In this document: one piece after another, positions 1 through 8,802 of the stretch
Position numbering within the stretch: the first letter of the stretch is position 1
Layout: each line of letters starts with the position of its first letter
From: an uncultured virus (IMG/VR IMGVR_UViG_3300018424_000012)
Taxonomy: Duplodnaviria; Heunggongvirae; Uroviricota; Caudoviricetes
Reading direction: 5' to 3' (one strand)
Length of the DNA stretch: 20,000 bases
IMG/VR virus record: IMGVR_UViG_3300018424_000012
Translations under genes and position numbers: made by a program
Notes under the pieces: model-generated
Database searches by the model: none
Told to the model about the DNA's origin: nothing
The model's input: only the letters and a program-made list of their open reading frames with translations

Positions 1-104
1 TCAGCGATTGGTGCAAAAATTAAAAATGCTACGCCAGCGCCAATAAGCACTGCTCCATCCCAACTAGTTCTTTCGCCAATTCTTGCGTTAATCCATTTTC
101 TCAT
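1..104 (-). CDS. small membrane protein, partial (runs off window)
   Basis: Not in ORF track. ATG at 104 preceded by AAGGAGAAG; reads MRKWINARIGERTSWDGAVLIGAGVAFLIFAPIA..., hydrophobic stretch. Confidence 0.75.
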   Translation of the reverse strand, partial: MRKWINARIGERTSWDGAVLIGAGVAFLIFAPIA

Positions 105-117
105 TTTACTTCTCCTT

Positions 118-864
118 TCAGGCAACTTGTCGCATCTTCTTATCTACGCTTTCAAATATACCTTCATATTGTTTTTGGTTCTTGCTTATTATATATTCTT
201 TCACAAGACCGCTTCTTACAATATCTTCTTCAGTAAAGTCAATTGTTTCAAAAGATTTCATATTTTTGATTATATCCATAAACTGAATAAGACCTCGTTG
301 TTCTGCATTGTTCTTCAAGTCAGTTTGCATGAAGTCCCCACAGAAAAAGATACGACTATTATCTCCCACTCTTGTAATGATTGTGTCTAACTCATGAAAG
401 TTTAGATTTTGACATTCATCTACAATAATGAAAGCATCTCGTAATGTTACACCTCTTATATATGAGGTCGGCACAAATTCTACAATGTCTTGATACTTAG
501 CGAGTTCGTATGGATTCTCTACATCTGGAAACATTTCATCAAAGAGAGAATAGTAAGGTTCAGTATATACACTTGTTTTTTCTTCTTGTGAACCTGGCAA
601 GAAACCTATGTCTCTTGTTGGTAACATTGACCTAACAATATAAACTTTCTGTTGGTCAACTTGTCTAGATAAAACTGCTCTCATTGCAAGATAAAGCATA
701 ATAAATGTTTTACCTGTTCCAGCACATCCATGCATCATCAAATGTTTATCTTCGTTAAACGCCTCAAATGTTCTGAGTTGATTATCTGTAATCGGATTTA
801 TTTTCTTTAGTGATGATTTAGTTAAGCATTTTGCTCTTACCGCTAAGGACTTTTGTTTTGACAT
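118..864 (-). CDS. phoH: PhoH-like ATPase
   Basis: Walker A GCAGTGKT, IGFLPG, YIRGVTL, IIVDECQN, GDFMQTDL and DIVRSGLVKEYI motifs typical of phage PhoH; AGGAG RBS. Confidence 0.96.
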   Translation of the reverse strand: MSKQKSLAVRAKCLTKSSLKKINPITDNQLRTFEAFNEDKHLMMHGCAGTGKTFIMLYLAMRAVLSRQVDQQKVYIVRSMLPTRDIGFLPGSQEEKTSVYTEPYYSLFDEMFPDVENPYELAKYQDIVEFVPTSYIRGVTLRDAFIIVDECQNLNFHELDTIITRVGDNSRIFFCGDFMQTDLKNNAEQRGLIQFMDIIKNMKSFETIDFTEEDIVRSGLVKEYIISKNQKQYEGIFESVDKKMRQVA

Positions 865-915
865 TAATTTCTCCTCTACATGTCATGCATTGTATTGAAG
901 CATCAAATAACATCA

Positions 916-1929
916 TCAATCATCTTTATTATATGGACACACTCCTTTTTGTTTATACCCAAATACTTCTTTGAATTTTCTATATGCTTTCGCTCCACTC
1001 CAGTGAGCATTCATAAAGTAAAACATCTGACGGTCTCTTTCACGCTCTTCTTCTGTAGACTTTCGAACTTCTAATGGTAACATTTCTCTTTTGATTGGTA
1101 TATGACAAATCAATGGGTCACCAAAATTCATAGAAAATTGAATACCTTTTCTCTTAATAAAGAAAAACATATTACTTTCGTGCCAGTAATCTGTATTTAA
1201 TATACCTGGCATTACTTGCAGACAATCATTAAAATGATATGTTGGATCAGTGTATAAAACACTCCAACCAGGAGGAGTACATATTCTCCAAGGTGTTTCT
1301 AATTTAAGTAAAGTGGTGCACCACTCTTCAGGTAGTTGTTCTACCATAGTAGTGTATTGAGCATCAGGATGTATTTTAAAATTAACTGTGGTTTCAGGTC
1401 TTTTTTGAAATGCTCTCCAGTCTCCAATTTCTTCTGTAGTATATCCTATACCTTGTAAGTATTGATGCACGGTATCACTGTCTGGATTCAACATTTCAAG
1501 TTTAGTAAAGTCACTACTTCTAGTTTCCCAGTCGGCACCTATTGTTTCACTTCCATCAGTTGCAGTATGGGTAAGTACTTGTGTTCCGTCTAATGTTGTA
1601 GTAATAATAGCATTAGACCAGAAAGGGACCATGTATCCAGTTGTCATGATATCTTGCATACCAGGACATGTTTTGATAGTCTGTCCATCAGTTCCAAAAT
1701 CAGGATGAATACCTATAGGGGCGTGCCTTTGTAATTGTTCCGCTAAAGGTTTAGTATTTTCTACATTTTGTTTAGGTAATTTTTTATACCACTCTGGAAT
1801 CCAGCGAGACATTGGTTTAGGTGCCGCCCACTTTTCCATACCTTCAACATGCGAATAGTATTGCATCTTTGGTGGAGTGTAACTTTTCTTTGCTAACCAT
1901 TGAGCAAAGTCTTGAATGACTTCTCTCAC
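916..1929 (-). CDS. hypothetical phage protein (possibly DUF6065-like beta-rich fold)
   Basis: 337 aa ORF; CPG..D..TTGY..P.W and PW.I.TPPGWS.L...P...PGILNTD motifs resemble a recurrent aquatic phage family; family label recalled, not searched. Confidence 0.6.
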   Translation of the reverse strand: MREVIQDFAQWLAKKSYTPPKMQYYSHVEGMEKWAAPKPMSRWIPEWYKKLPKQNVENTKPLAEQLQRHAPIGIHPDFGTDGQTIKTCPGMQDIMTTGYMVPFWSNAIITTTLDGTQVLTHTATDGSETIGADWETRSSDFTKLEMLNPDSDTVHQYLQGIGYTTEEIGDWRAFQKRPETTVNFKIHPDAQYTTMVEQLPEEWCTTLLKLETPWRICTPPGWSVLYTDPTYHFNDCLQVMPGILNTDYWHESNMFFFIKRKGIQFSMNFGDPLICHIPIKREMLPLEVRKSTEEERERDRQMFYFMNAHWSGAKAYRKFKEVFGYKQKGVCPYNKDD

Positions 1930-2219
1930 TTTTTATTCCTATGCTTTTCCAAAATACTTTTTGTTTTAACTTCAGCATTCGTTTTAGAACGATAACTATC
2001 TAAGTTCGAACCTGGATTCTTTTCTGCAATTCTAGAAAATACTTCTCGCATACCATCGGATTCTTTATTGCGAATAGAAACTCCACCCACAATAGCAGGT
2101 GCAGATACAATGCTATCGAGATGCGGGTTCGTTTTTTTGAAATCATCCAATTCTGAAATTGACATGAAATGTTCTTCAACTTCTCCAGTTGCTTGGTTTA
2201 TAAAATTATATGTTGGCAT
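1926..2219 (-). CDS. FmdB-like regulatory protein (T4-like phage type)
   Basis: Starts MPTYNF..TGEVEE.FMSISE...NPHL, the N-terminal pattern of phage FmdB-like proteins; zinc cysteines absent. Confidence 0.7.
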   Translation of the reverse strand: MPTYNFINQATGEVEEHFMSISELDDFKKTNPHLDSIVSAPAIVGGVSIRNKESDGMREVFSRIAEKNPGSNLDSYRSKTNAEVKTKSILEKHRNKK

Positions 2220-2787
2220 ATTCTGTATCACTATTTAGATTTGTAAGATTGTACCAGTCAGGTACATTACGTTTAGACCACACAGCAAAAGTCTTTTTTG
2301 CCACGCGATAGAAATTACGATAAGCAGAAATACTATCACCTTCTACCATGCATTGCGGAAATTGTTTCATTGCTTGTGGAGGTTCGACAAAAGATTTGTC
2401 TTCGATGTTACTAGGGGGTGTTGCTAGAATTTCATTGAGTAAATCGTAACTTTTGTGGGAGTGTCCGTAACGATATACGAATTCTTTATGAAGTTCAGTC
2501 CAGAGTGAGTACAACCACTCATAATGAGAACGAGACTGACGAGTCCAAACACCCGAAGGATGATTGACATGACATGCTTTGTATATAATGTTCTCATAAT
2601 TGTCGGATAGTCTCCAGCGTTTTACTCTACGACCAGTCTGCGATTTACCTATGTATTCATCGCCGTCTAAGACCCTGTGGGCGGTCGACATCAGTTGTGC
2701 ATACTCGACAAGCATCTTGCTCACATGTTTGTCTACATGCCACTCAGCGCACGTTTTAGGGTCATTATGTAAATAGAATATATTCAT
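2206..2787 (-). CDS. pyrimidine-dimer DNA glycosylase / endonuclease V-like protein
   Basis: MNIFYL..DP..CA..H.DKHV.KM..EYAQL.STAH, H.NHPS..W, AYR.FY motifs; GAGG RBS before ATG 2787. Confidence 0.8.
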   Translation of the reverse strand: MNIFYLHNDPKTCAEWHVDKHVSKMLVEYAQLMSTAHRVLDGDEYIGKSQTGRRVKRWRLSDNYENIIYKACHVNHPSGVWTRQSRSHYEWLYSLWTELHKEFVYRYGHSHKSYDLLNEILATPPSNIEDKSFVEPPQAMKQFPQCMVEGDSISAYRNFYRVAKKTFAVWSKRNVPDWYNLTNLNSDTEYANI

Positions 2788-2829
2788 TGTCACCTCTTTG
2801 TATCATACAGTATTCATTATGTCAAGTAT

Positions 2830-3081
2830 TTATTGTTCTTCAAGTTTCTTTTGCAACTTGCGCCAGCGTCTTACTGCTTCTTTTTTCTTACGCTGTTTCT
2901 TTTCGGATGGTTTTTCAAATTGCTTACGCATCTTCAGTTCTTTGAGTACTCCTGCTTTCTGCACTTTCTTCTTAAAGATACGCATTGCTTTCTCTAGATT
3001 ACCATCTCTAACAGTAACAGTTAATCCCTCATCTTTAGGGGGTCTTTCTTTTCTTGTGTGTTTATAGTTTTTATAAGTCAT
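2830..3081 (-). CDS. rpsU: ribosomal protein bS21 with N-terminal extension
   Basis: V.VRDGNLEKAMRIFKKKVQKAGVLKELK.R..FEKPSEKKQRKKKEAVRR is the bS21 signature. Confidence 0.93.
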   Translation of the reverse strand: MTYKNYKHTRKERPPKDEGLTVTVRDGNLEKAMRIFKKKVQKAGVLKELKMRKQFEKPSEKKQRKKKEAVRRWRKLQKKLEEQ

Positions 3082-3087
3082 GCAATC

Positions 3088-3116
3088 AATATACTCTACT
3101 TATCTATCTTTGTCAA
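3088..3116 (-). promoter_or_regulatory. sigma70-type promoter directly upstream of rpsU
   Basis: TTGACA (3116-3111), 17 nt, TATATT (3093-3088). Confidence 0.65.
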
Positions 3117-3746
3117 GACAGATTCCTCATATTTACCGAAATTCATGGCAATAGTCATTCTATCTTTTTCTAAATCAAACTCTGTCATTTTTTTTCTTAT
3201 ATAAGGTACTGTGTGTAGCATGTAACCAGGAAAGATTACAAGTGTGCCCGTCTGGGAATATGCTTCATATGCTCTTCTAGTGACTTCAGTTACATCACAA
3301 GCATCATAATGATTATGAAAAGTATGGTGATTAGGATTTAAGAATAGAGTAGGTGTCAAATCATTAGTAGCATAATAGATAGCACACACTTCATGATTGC
3401 CATGATTGTGTGCTTCTTGAAAATGATGACCTTCAATATATCTGTTGAACCACATTTGAGTAATTTTATTCGGTAGGTGTGGTTTGTACCAACCAACTTC
3501 TACCATATATTGATTTACATGCTTCTCAACAACTTCAATAAAAGAAATGTTGTCTCTCGCAAATTCAAGATTGATTTCTTCATTTTCAAATGAAGTTATA
3601 AGTTTGCAATCCCAGAAATTGGATGCGCTATTCTCATCTATAGTTTCTGATAATTCAATGACAGACTTAACAATACTATCATTATTCACCTCATCACTTA
3701 TATCCAATCTTGCAATTGGATGTGGAAACACATAATCTATTTGCAT
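3096..3746 (-). CDS. putative 2OG-Fe(II) oxygenase (TIGR02466-like)
   Basis: FP.PI start, WFNRY, HNH, IYY, LVIFPGYMLHTV, R.TIAMN motifs. Confidence 0.85.
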   Translation of the reverse strand: MQIDYVFPHPIARLDISDEVNNDSIVKSVIELSETIDENSASNFWDCKLITSFENEEINLEFARDNISFIEVVEKHVNQYMVEVGWYKPHLPNKITQMWFNRYIEGHHFQEAHNHGNHEVCAIYYATNDLTPTLFLNPNHHTFHNHYDACDVTEVTRRAYEAYSQTGTLVIFPGYMLHTVPYIRKKMTEFDLEKDRMTIAMNFGKYEESVLTKIDK

Positions 3747-3760
3747 AATAAAATTCCTAT

Positions 3761-4357
3761 TTAAATATTATCTATATTATCGTCATCTTCTTTAAGAATG
3801 TTTGTGCGTACTCGCTTCATATCAGCAGGTAAAGTACCATCTAATCTTTTAACAACTCTATATTGGTCTACAGTCAAGACTTCTTTAATACCGAAATAGT
3901 CACCATCCATCCACTTTACTGAAATAGTCCAATCCATGAAATTTCTAACATGTATCACTTTTGCTAACTTTTTGTGTTTTCTCTCGTTTCCAGGAAAGTT
4001 TCCTTCAACAAGGTCACCAGGAAAAAGTTGTGAATTTTTAGGATACTTTTTATTACCATAGTAAACATGTGTTACACTATCATCTACATCATCTTCATAG
4101 GTAAATTTAAGTCCTTGTTTCGCAAGTTCTTCTTTAGATGGTATTAGACCCTGTTCTATCATCTGCTTATAATTTTTTCTGGAAATTTCAGGAGGAGTAT
4201 TTGGCATTCTAGCAGTAGCAATATCAGCATTAGACAGAACACCCACTTTGCTGACAATATTGTCCCTACCATTATTTGTAAATCTACTACCGCCTTTAAT
4301 AAAAGTAATAGTTCCATCAGGATTCAACTTACGTTGAGTTTTATCGTAATCTGACAT
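3761..4357 (-). CDS. hypothetical protein (late-promoter driven)
   Basis: 198 aa ORF with GAGG RBS; TATAAATA boxes upstream. Confidence 0.75.
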   Translation of the reverse strand: MSDYDKTQRKLNPDGTITFIKGGSRFTNNGRDNIVSKVGVLSNADIATARMPNTPPEISRKNYKQMIEQGLIPSKEELAKQGLKFTYEDDVDDSVTHVYYGNKKYPKNSQLFPGDLVEGNFPGNERKHKKLAKVIHVRNFMDWTISVKWMDGDYFGIKEVLTVDQYRVVKRLDGTLPADMKRVRTNILKEDDDNIDNI

Positions 4358-4384
4358 TTTGTTCCTCTACTATAATTATATGAG

Positions 4385-4431
4385 TATTTATACGATAGTT
4401 GGTTTTATAAATACTTTCATAGTTATTTATA
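4385..4431. promoter_or_regulatory. cluster of three T4-type late promoter boxes, divergent
   Basis: TATAAATA on - strand at 4385-4392 and 4424-4431, on + strand at 4406-4413, between divergent genes. Confidence 0.8.
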
Positions 4432-4445
4432 ATCGGAGAATAAGC

Positions 4446-5153
4446 ATGTCTAAGAAATATTCGGAACTTAAAGATGATATCATCGTTGAGCAAATTAAAG
4501 AACTGAATGAAGGCGTTTATGATCCAGGCATCTTCAAAGCATTCTTTCTAGCAGGAGGTCCTGGTTCAGGTAAGTCTTATGTTCAGAAAAAGACGACTTC
4601 AGGTATGGGACTGAAAGTTGTAAATTCTGATGACGTTTATGAAAAGATGCTCAAAGATGCTGGTCTAGATACTACACCAGAAGATATCTACTCAGATAAA
4701 GGTCAAGAAATTCGTGGTAGAGCAAAAGCAACTACCAAGCGAATGCAGAGTAATTTCTTGATGGGTCGTCTTGGTGTTGTCATTGATGGTACCGGTAAAG
4801 ACTTTGAAAAAATTCAAAGACAAGCGGCGGCACTAAAGCAACTTGGTTACGACACTTACATGATTTTTGTAAACACTTCAGAAGAAGTTGCACAACAGAG
4901 AAATCAAGAAAGAAAAAGAACACTACCTAGAGAAGAAGTTACAAAGATGTGGAATGGTGTACAACAAAACATCGGTGCATTTCAGCGTTTCTTTGGTGGT
5001 AAGAACTTCATCATTCTAGATAACAATGGTCCAAATGATGATGTGCTTCAAATGGTGTTTAAGAGAGTTCGTGGACTAGTTAAAACACCAGTCAAAAACT
5101 ATATTGCTAAACAATGGATTGCTAACGAGTTAGAAAAGAAAAGAAGGAGATAA
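4446..5153 (+). CDS. zeta-toxin-like / AAA_33 P-loop kinase
   Basis: KAFFLAGGPGSGKS Walker A, VNSDD, VIDGTG, MIFVNTS...A..RN..R.R; GGAG RBS favours ATG 4446 over track start 4359. Confidence 0.85.
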   Translation: MSKKYSELKDDIIVEQIKELNEGVYDPGIFKAFFLAGGPGSGKSYVQKKTTSGMGLKVVNSDDVYEKMLKDAGLDTTPEDIYSDKGQEIRGRAKATTKRMQSNFLMGRLGVVIDGTGKDFEKIQRQAAALKQLGYDTYMIFVNTSEEVAQQRNQERKRTLPREEVTKMWNGVQQNIGAFQRFFGGKNFIILDNNGPNDDVLQMVFKRVRGLVKTPVKNYIAKQWIANELEKKRRR

Positions 5154-5163
5154 TTCTCCTTCT
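5142..5163. terminator. hairpin between convergent genes
   Basis: AGAAGGAGA-TAAT-TCTCCTTCT perfect 9 bp stem at junction of convergent ORFs. Confidence 0.6.
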
Positions 5164-5165
5164 AC

Positions 5166-5363
5166 TTAGTTGTCATCCAACATTATTCTTTTTGCCTCTT
5201 CATAGTAACCCATTTGTGATAATGCATGTGCCGCTCTTGCACGTCCTGCAGTCTCACTAATTGTGATTACAAATACTAAACCCGCAATAAATGCAGTTCT
5301 AATCACCTCACATGCTTTGCATGTGTATTCATAACTGTTGTGTAATGCTATGCCAATCGACAT
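5166..5363 (-). CDS. small hypothetical protein (GRARAA..L..MGY.EEAK family)
   Basis: 65 aa ORF with AGGAG RBS and hydrophobic middle segment. Confidence 0.75.
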   Translation of the reverse strand: MSIGIALHNSYEYTCKACEVIRTAFIAGLVFVITISETAGRARAAHALSQMGYYEEAKRIMLDDN

Positions 5364-5369
5364 TTATTT

Positions 5370-5531
5370 CTATCTCCTGTATTTTATATAATTGTTATAG
5401 TACGCAAGCGCATCATCGTCTTGTAGATGTTTCGTATCATCAGAAAATTCAGTTCTAATAAAACGAATAATGTCCGAGTTTGGGTTTGATCCTACTAATG
5501 TATTGAATAATTTTTTGAACAAGTTCTTCAT
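5370..5531 (-). CDS. small hypothetical protein
   Basis: MKNLFKKLF... 53 aa with AAGGA RBS; upstream part of track ORF likely untranslated leader. Confidence 0.7.
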   Translation of the reverse strand: MKNLFKKLFNTLVGSNPNSDIIRFIRTEFSDDTKHLQDDDALAYYNNYIKYRR

Positions 5532-5639
5532 GCTATTATCCTTAAACGCCCGCACCACTTTTGACTTGACCCCTTGGCACAAGTCATATATACTAGTGTA
5601 TAGTGTGATGATGTTGTACAGTGTTGCACTGCACAAATC

Positions 5640-5670
5640 TATTTATACAAGAGACTAGAAAAAAGGTCAA
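5640..5670 (-). promoter_or_regulatory. composite sigma70 / late promoter
   Basis: TTGACC (5670-5665), 17 nt, TATAAA forming the start of a TATAAATA late box (5647-5640). Confidence 0.65.
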
Positions 5671-5737
5671 CAGTATTGATGTTTTTTTAGAATAACACAT
5701 GTGACAAAAACGCACAAGTAACATAATGGAGCATATA

Positions 5738-6397
5738 ATGAAAGTAAAGTTGATTTCATATTCGCAACCACCACTCGGTGACATTGAAGGTTTAGATGAT
5801 GTACAAGACTTAATCGCTTATTGCGCGAGAGTATCAAACCCTAGCGGACAGATGAACTCCGCAACATCTAAAAAACTTCTATCATATCTAGCAAAGCATA
5901 GTCATTGGTCACCTTTTGAGATGGTGTCTGCTTGTTTAGAAATTGAGACTACAAGAGATATCGCAAGACAAATTCTCAGACACCGTTCATTCAGTTTTCA
6001 AGAGTTTAGTCAACGGTATGCTAATCCAACAGAAGATTTAGAGTTTGTAATTAGAGAAGCGAGATTGCAAGATGAAAAAAATAGACAAAACAGCATCGCC
6101 ACAGAGGATGAAATTCTACAAGAAGCATGGGCGGCAAGACAAAGAGGTGTTATTGATGAAGCAAATAGTGCTTATCAATGGGCAATCGAAAACGGTATTG
6201 CTAAAGAGCAAGCAAGAGCAGTCTTACCAGAAGGTAATACTATGTCACGTTTGTACATGAATGGTACACTTCGTTCTTGGATGCATTACATTGAACTTCG
6301 CGCCGCTAATGGAACACAGTTAGAGCATATTGAAATTGCGAAAGCATGTGCAGAAGTGATTGCAGGTATATTTCCACTTGCGGAGGACTTAGTATGA
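5738..6397 (+). CDS. thyX: FAD-dependent thymidylate synthase
   Basis: AYCARVS, HWSPFE, RHRSFSFQEFSQRY ThyX motif, KEQARAVLP, TQLEH; GGAG RBS before ATG 5738. Confidence 0.97.
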   Translation: MKVKLISYSQPPLGDIEGLDDVQDLIAYCARVSNPSGQMNSATSKKLLSYLAKHSHWSPFEMVSACLEIETTRDIARQILRHRSFSFQEFSQRYANPTEDLEFVIREARLQDEKNRQNSIATEDEILQEAWAARQRGVIDEANSAYQWAIENGIAKEQARAVLPEGNTMSRLYMNGTLRSWMHYIELRAANGTQLEHIEIAKACAEVIAGIFPLAEDLV

Positions 6398-6960
6398 TTG
6401 AAGTATTGAGTTTATTTCCATCGGCGATTGCAATAAAAGACACTCGCATTGATACCAGTAAAATGTTAGAAACCTGTCTGCAGATAGAGAGTGGAGACCA
6501 TGGACTACTACATGGTGAAGCGACAAGTACCTATACTAAAGAAATGAATATTCTAGAGCATTCGGATTTTAGTTTGTTGAAATCGGTAATCACATCAGAA
6601 GTGAAAGCATTCACAAAACAAGTCGGTATTGACATGAGTAATATGAAGTTAGGTAGAAGTTGGTTCAATATTCAAAAGCGAGGTTCTACTGTAATGCAAC
6701 ATAATCATAGACTCTCGGTTATCAGTGGAGCATTTTATATTTACGCTGATAAAGATGCGGCGCCTATCACTTTTGCTAATCCACTCATGGCGCATAAGAT
6801 GCACGAACCTACTATAGGAGGTAGTACAGACTATGATATTGAGTTTTTTAATGTACCCGCAGAGACAGGAAAACTAGTTCTATTCCCATCTTGGTTAGAA
6901 CACTATGTAGGATACAATAATTCAGACATGAGAGTTACACTTTCTTTTAATTTTTCTTAA
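6394..6960 (+). CDS. putative 2OG-Fe(II) oxygenase (TIGR02466-like)
   Basis: LFPS start, SWFN, HNH..S.ISGAFY, G.LVLFPSWLEH.V, R.TLSFN; ATGA overlap with thyX stop. Confidence 0.88.
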   Translation: MIEVLSLFPSAIAIKDTRIDTSKMLETCLQIESGDHGLLHGEATSTYTKEMNILEHSDFSLLKSVITSEVKAFTKQVGIDMSNMKLGRSWFNIQKRGSTVMQHNHRLSVISGAFYIYADKDAAPITFANPLMAHKMHEPTIGGSTDYDIEFFNVPAETGKLVLFPSWLEHYVGYNNSDMRVTLSFNFS

Positions 6961-7010
6961 AAAAAATTCTAAGTGCTTGATTTGCATGGTAAACTTTTTT
7001 CAATTTTCCC

Positions 7011-7039
7011 TTGACATTCACCGAAATATGTCCTATAAT
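7011..7039 (+). promoter_or_regulatory. early sigma70 promoter
   Basis: TTGACA-17 nt-TATAAT perfect consensus. Confidence 0.9.
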
Positions 7040-7077
7040 GTATATGTAAGATGAGTTGAGAGAGAAAGGAAATCAAC

Positions 7078-7506
7078 ATGGCATATATTTCACAAGAGAC
7101 TAAGAAAGAACTTACTCCTGCCATCAAAGCAGTTGCTAAGAAATACGGTGTCAAAGTGACAATCGGTATTAATCATCATTCTTCTTTAGTTGTCAAAATC
7201 AAAGAAGGTGCGCTTGACTTGATTGGTGCTTCTAACAAGTACTACGAACAAGAAAATGAGCGCCGTGGTTTCAACTACTTCGGTGGTGTCAGTGACTACT
7301 ACGACATTAACCCTTACCATTCTGCTGATTGGTACAGAAAAGTCGGTGCTGAGAAAGAAGCAAACTTTGTTGATGAGATGATTGCCGCAATGAAAGGTAC
7401 TAAGTGGTACGATAACAGCGATGCAATGACTGACTACTTCGACACTGCTTACTACTTGTCACTGAAAGTTGGTCAGTGGAACAAACCTTACATTTACACC
7501 GCATAA
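7078..7506 (+). CDS. conserved phage early hypothetical protein
   Basis: 142 aa, AAGGA RBS, C-terminal WYDNSDAMTDYFDTAYY motif recurrent in T4-like phages. Confidence 0.85.
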   Translation: MAYISQETKKELTPAIKAVAKKYGVKVTIGINHHSSLVVKIKEGALDLIGASNKYYEQENERRGFNYFGGVSDYYDINPYHSADWYRKVGAEKEANFVDEMIAAMKGTKWYDNSDAMTDYFDTAYYLSLKVGQWNKPYIYTA

Positions 7507-7515
7507 GGAATAAGT

Positions 7516-7737
7516 ATGAATATAGAACAATTTTTCAATGAAGCATCCATGCACGATTGGTTCTATGACTATAGTGATGACCATCGTGTTTGGACTGCAG
7601 GTCGTGATAACCAGCAACGATTATACAACCTTGCTGAAGGTAGCGAAACCAAGATGCAAATAATGTCTGCGTTTCGTTCCTATGTTCGTGGTAATCGTGA
7701 GCGTCCTACCTTAGAGGAGTTTATTTCAAATGATTAG
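7516..7737 (+). CDS. hypothetical protein
   Basis: AAGGA RBS; HDWFYDYSDDHRVW motif. Confidence 0.8.
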   Translation: MNIEQFFNEASMHDWFYDYSDDHRVWTAGRDNQQRLYNLAEGSETKMQIMSAFRSYVRGNRERPTLEEFISND

Positions 7738-7942
7738 AGCAAAAGAAAACCGAACACCTGTCATTGACCTGACGGGTCCTGAGGGTAACGCATTCTTCCT
7801 TCTTGCTAGAGCAGAGAAATGGGGGCGTGACTTGGGGTTTGATACAGAAGAGATTATTGAAGAAATGAAATCAGGTGATTATGAGAACTTAGTCAGTGTG
7901 TTTGACAGGTTCTTTGGTGACTATGTTATCTTGGAAAGGTAA
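7730..7942 (+). CDS. conserved phage hypothetical protein
   Basis: GAGGAG RBS; IDLTGPEGNAF.LL...M.SGDYE.L...FD..FG motif. Confidence 0.85.
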   Translation: MIRAKENRTPVIDLTGPEGNAFFLLARAEKWGRDLGFDTEEIIEEMKSGDYENLVSVFDRFFGDYVILER

Positions 7943-8061
7943 AGGTTTTATTTGTTTCTGAAAAGGGGACACCCTATATAGTATTGGGTAACGTCAAATT
8001 CAGAGTTACCATGGCGAAAGTAGCGGTAAAAGATATTTTTTATTCTTGCCATACAAAACAG

Positions 8062-8091
8062 TTGACATTGCAGACATAACTATAGTATAGT
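8062..8091 (+). promoter_or_regulatory. sigma70-type promoter
   Basis: TTGACA-18 nt-TATAGT. Confidence 0.6.
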
Positions 8092-8123
8092 AAGAAACTT
8101 ATTACACAGACGCATAGGAGAAA

Positions 8124-8357
8124 ATGATGCGCTATCTAAAGAAGAATGAAATGAATATGGATACACTTCCATCGTACAACTTCAGAGGGTTTGTATATTC
8201 ACCCTCATCTCACGCTGGTAAAGTCTACCACACTGTCTATAAGAACTATAGATTTGTGACCGACTTATCAGGTCCCACTAACGCAGTCTTCTCTAAGAAG
8301 GAGTTTATCGATGCCATCCAAAAAGGATTTCAACGATACAACCCTCGCAAGTCTTAA
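8124..8357 (+). CDS. hypothetical protein
   Basis: AGGAG RBS, downstream of promoter. Confidence 0.65.
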   Translation: MMRYLKKNEMNMDTLPSYNFRGFVYSPSSHAGKVYHTVYKNYRFVTDLSGPTNAVFSKKEFIDAIQKGFQRYNPRKS

Positions 8358-8643
8358 AGTTACCGACACGGAACTGCCTGACGGTTCCGCTGTCTTTACT
8401 TTTGATGGTAGTGATGAAGATATGGGTCTGGTAGTCAGAGCAGGCATTCGAGATGTAATCAACAAAGACTTACTTGAGGTTGAGAACTTTCTCGCACCAA
8501 ACTTTGAAAATCTATCAGATGATGACCAAGTCACAAACTACTTCTTTGCATATACGGTGAAGATTGGTTTGTATAACATGTTAGATGACATGGAAAAAGA
8601 AAAGCAAGGCAATCTGAAATTAAATGAATCCACAGAACGGTAA
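8311..8643 (+). CDS. hypothetical acidic protein
   Basis: AAGGAG RBS; 110 aa; overlaps upstream ORF by 47 nt. Confidence 0.7.
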   Translation: MPSKKDFNDTTLASLKVTDTELPDGSAVFTFDGSDEDMGLVVRAGIRDVINKDLLEVENFLAPNFENLSDDDQVTNYFFAYTVKIGLYNMLDDMEKEKQGNLKLNESTER

Positions 8644-8743
8644 AGGTTCTGCACCTCGTAAGAATGCAGACGATAAAAAATTCAAAGAAAATTGGTCAAA
8701 AATTTTCGAAAAAAAATTGAAAAAAATTGAAAAAAAGACTTGA
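8624..8743 (+). CDS. small basic phage protein (GKGS.PR...NW..IF type)
   Basis: Not in track: MNPQNGKGSAPRKNADDKKFKENWSKIFEKKLKKIEKKT, 39 aa. Confidence 0.6.
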   Translation: MNPQNGKGSAPRKNADDKKFKENWSKIFEKKLKKIEKKT

Positions 8744-8768
8744 CAAACATGTATTCTTTTGGTATAGT
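8740..8768 (+). promoter_or_regulatory. early sigma70 promoter
   Basis: TTGACA-17 nt-TATAGT preceded by A-tracts (UP-element-like). Confidence 0.85.
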
Positions 8769-8802
8769 TATAATGTAAGTTGAATAGAGAAGAGAGAAAA
8801 TT

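Noticed and set aside
4359..4445. N-terminal extension of the kinase from track start 4359
   Set aside because: Spans the late-promoter cluster; RBS supports ATG 4446
5700..5716. TGTGA...GCACA CRP/FNR-like box
   Set aside because: Spacer is 7 nt rather than 6 and the right half-site is imperfect
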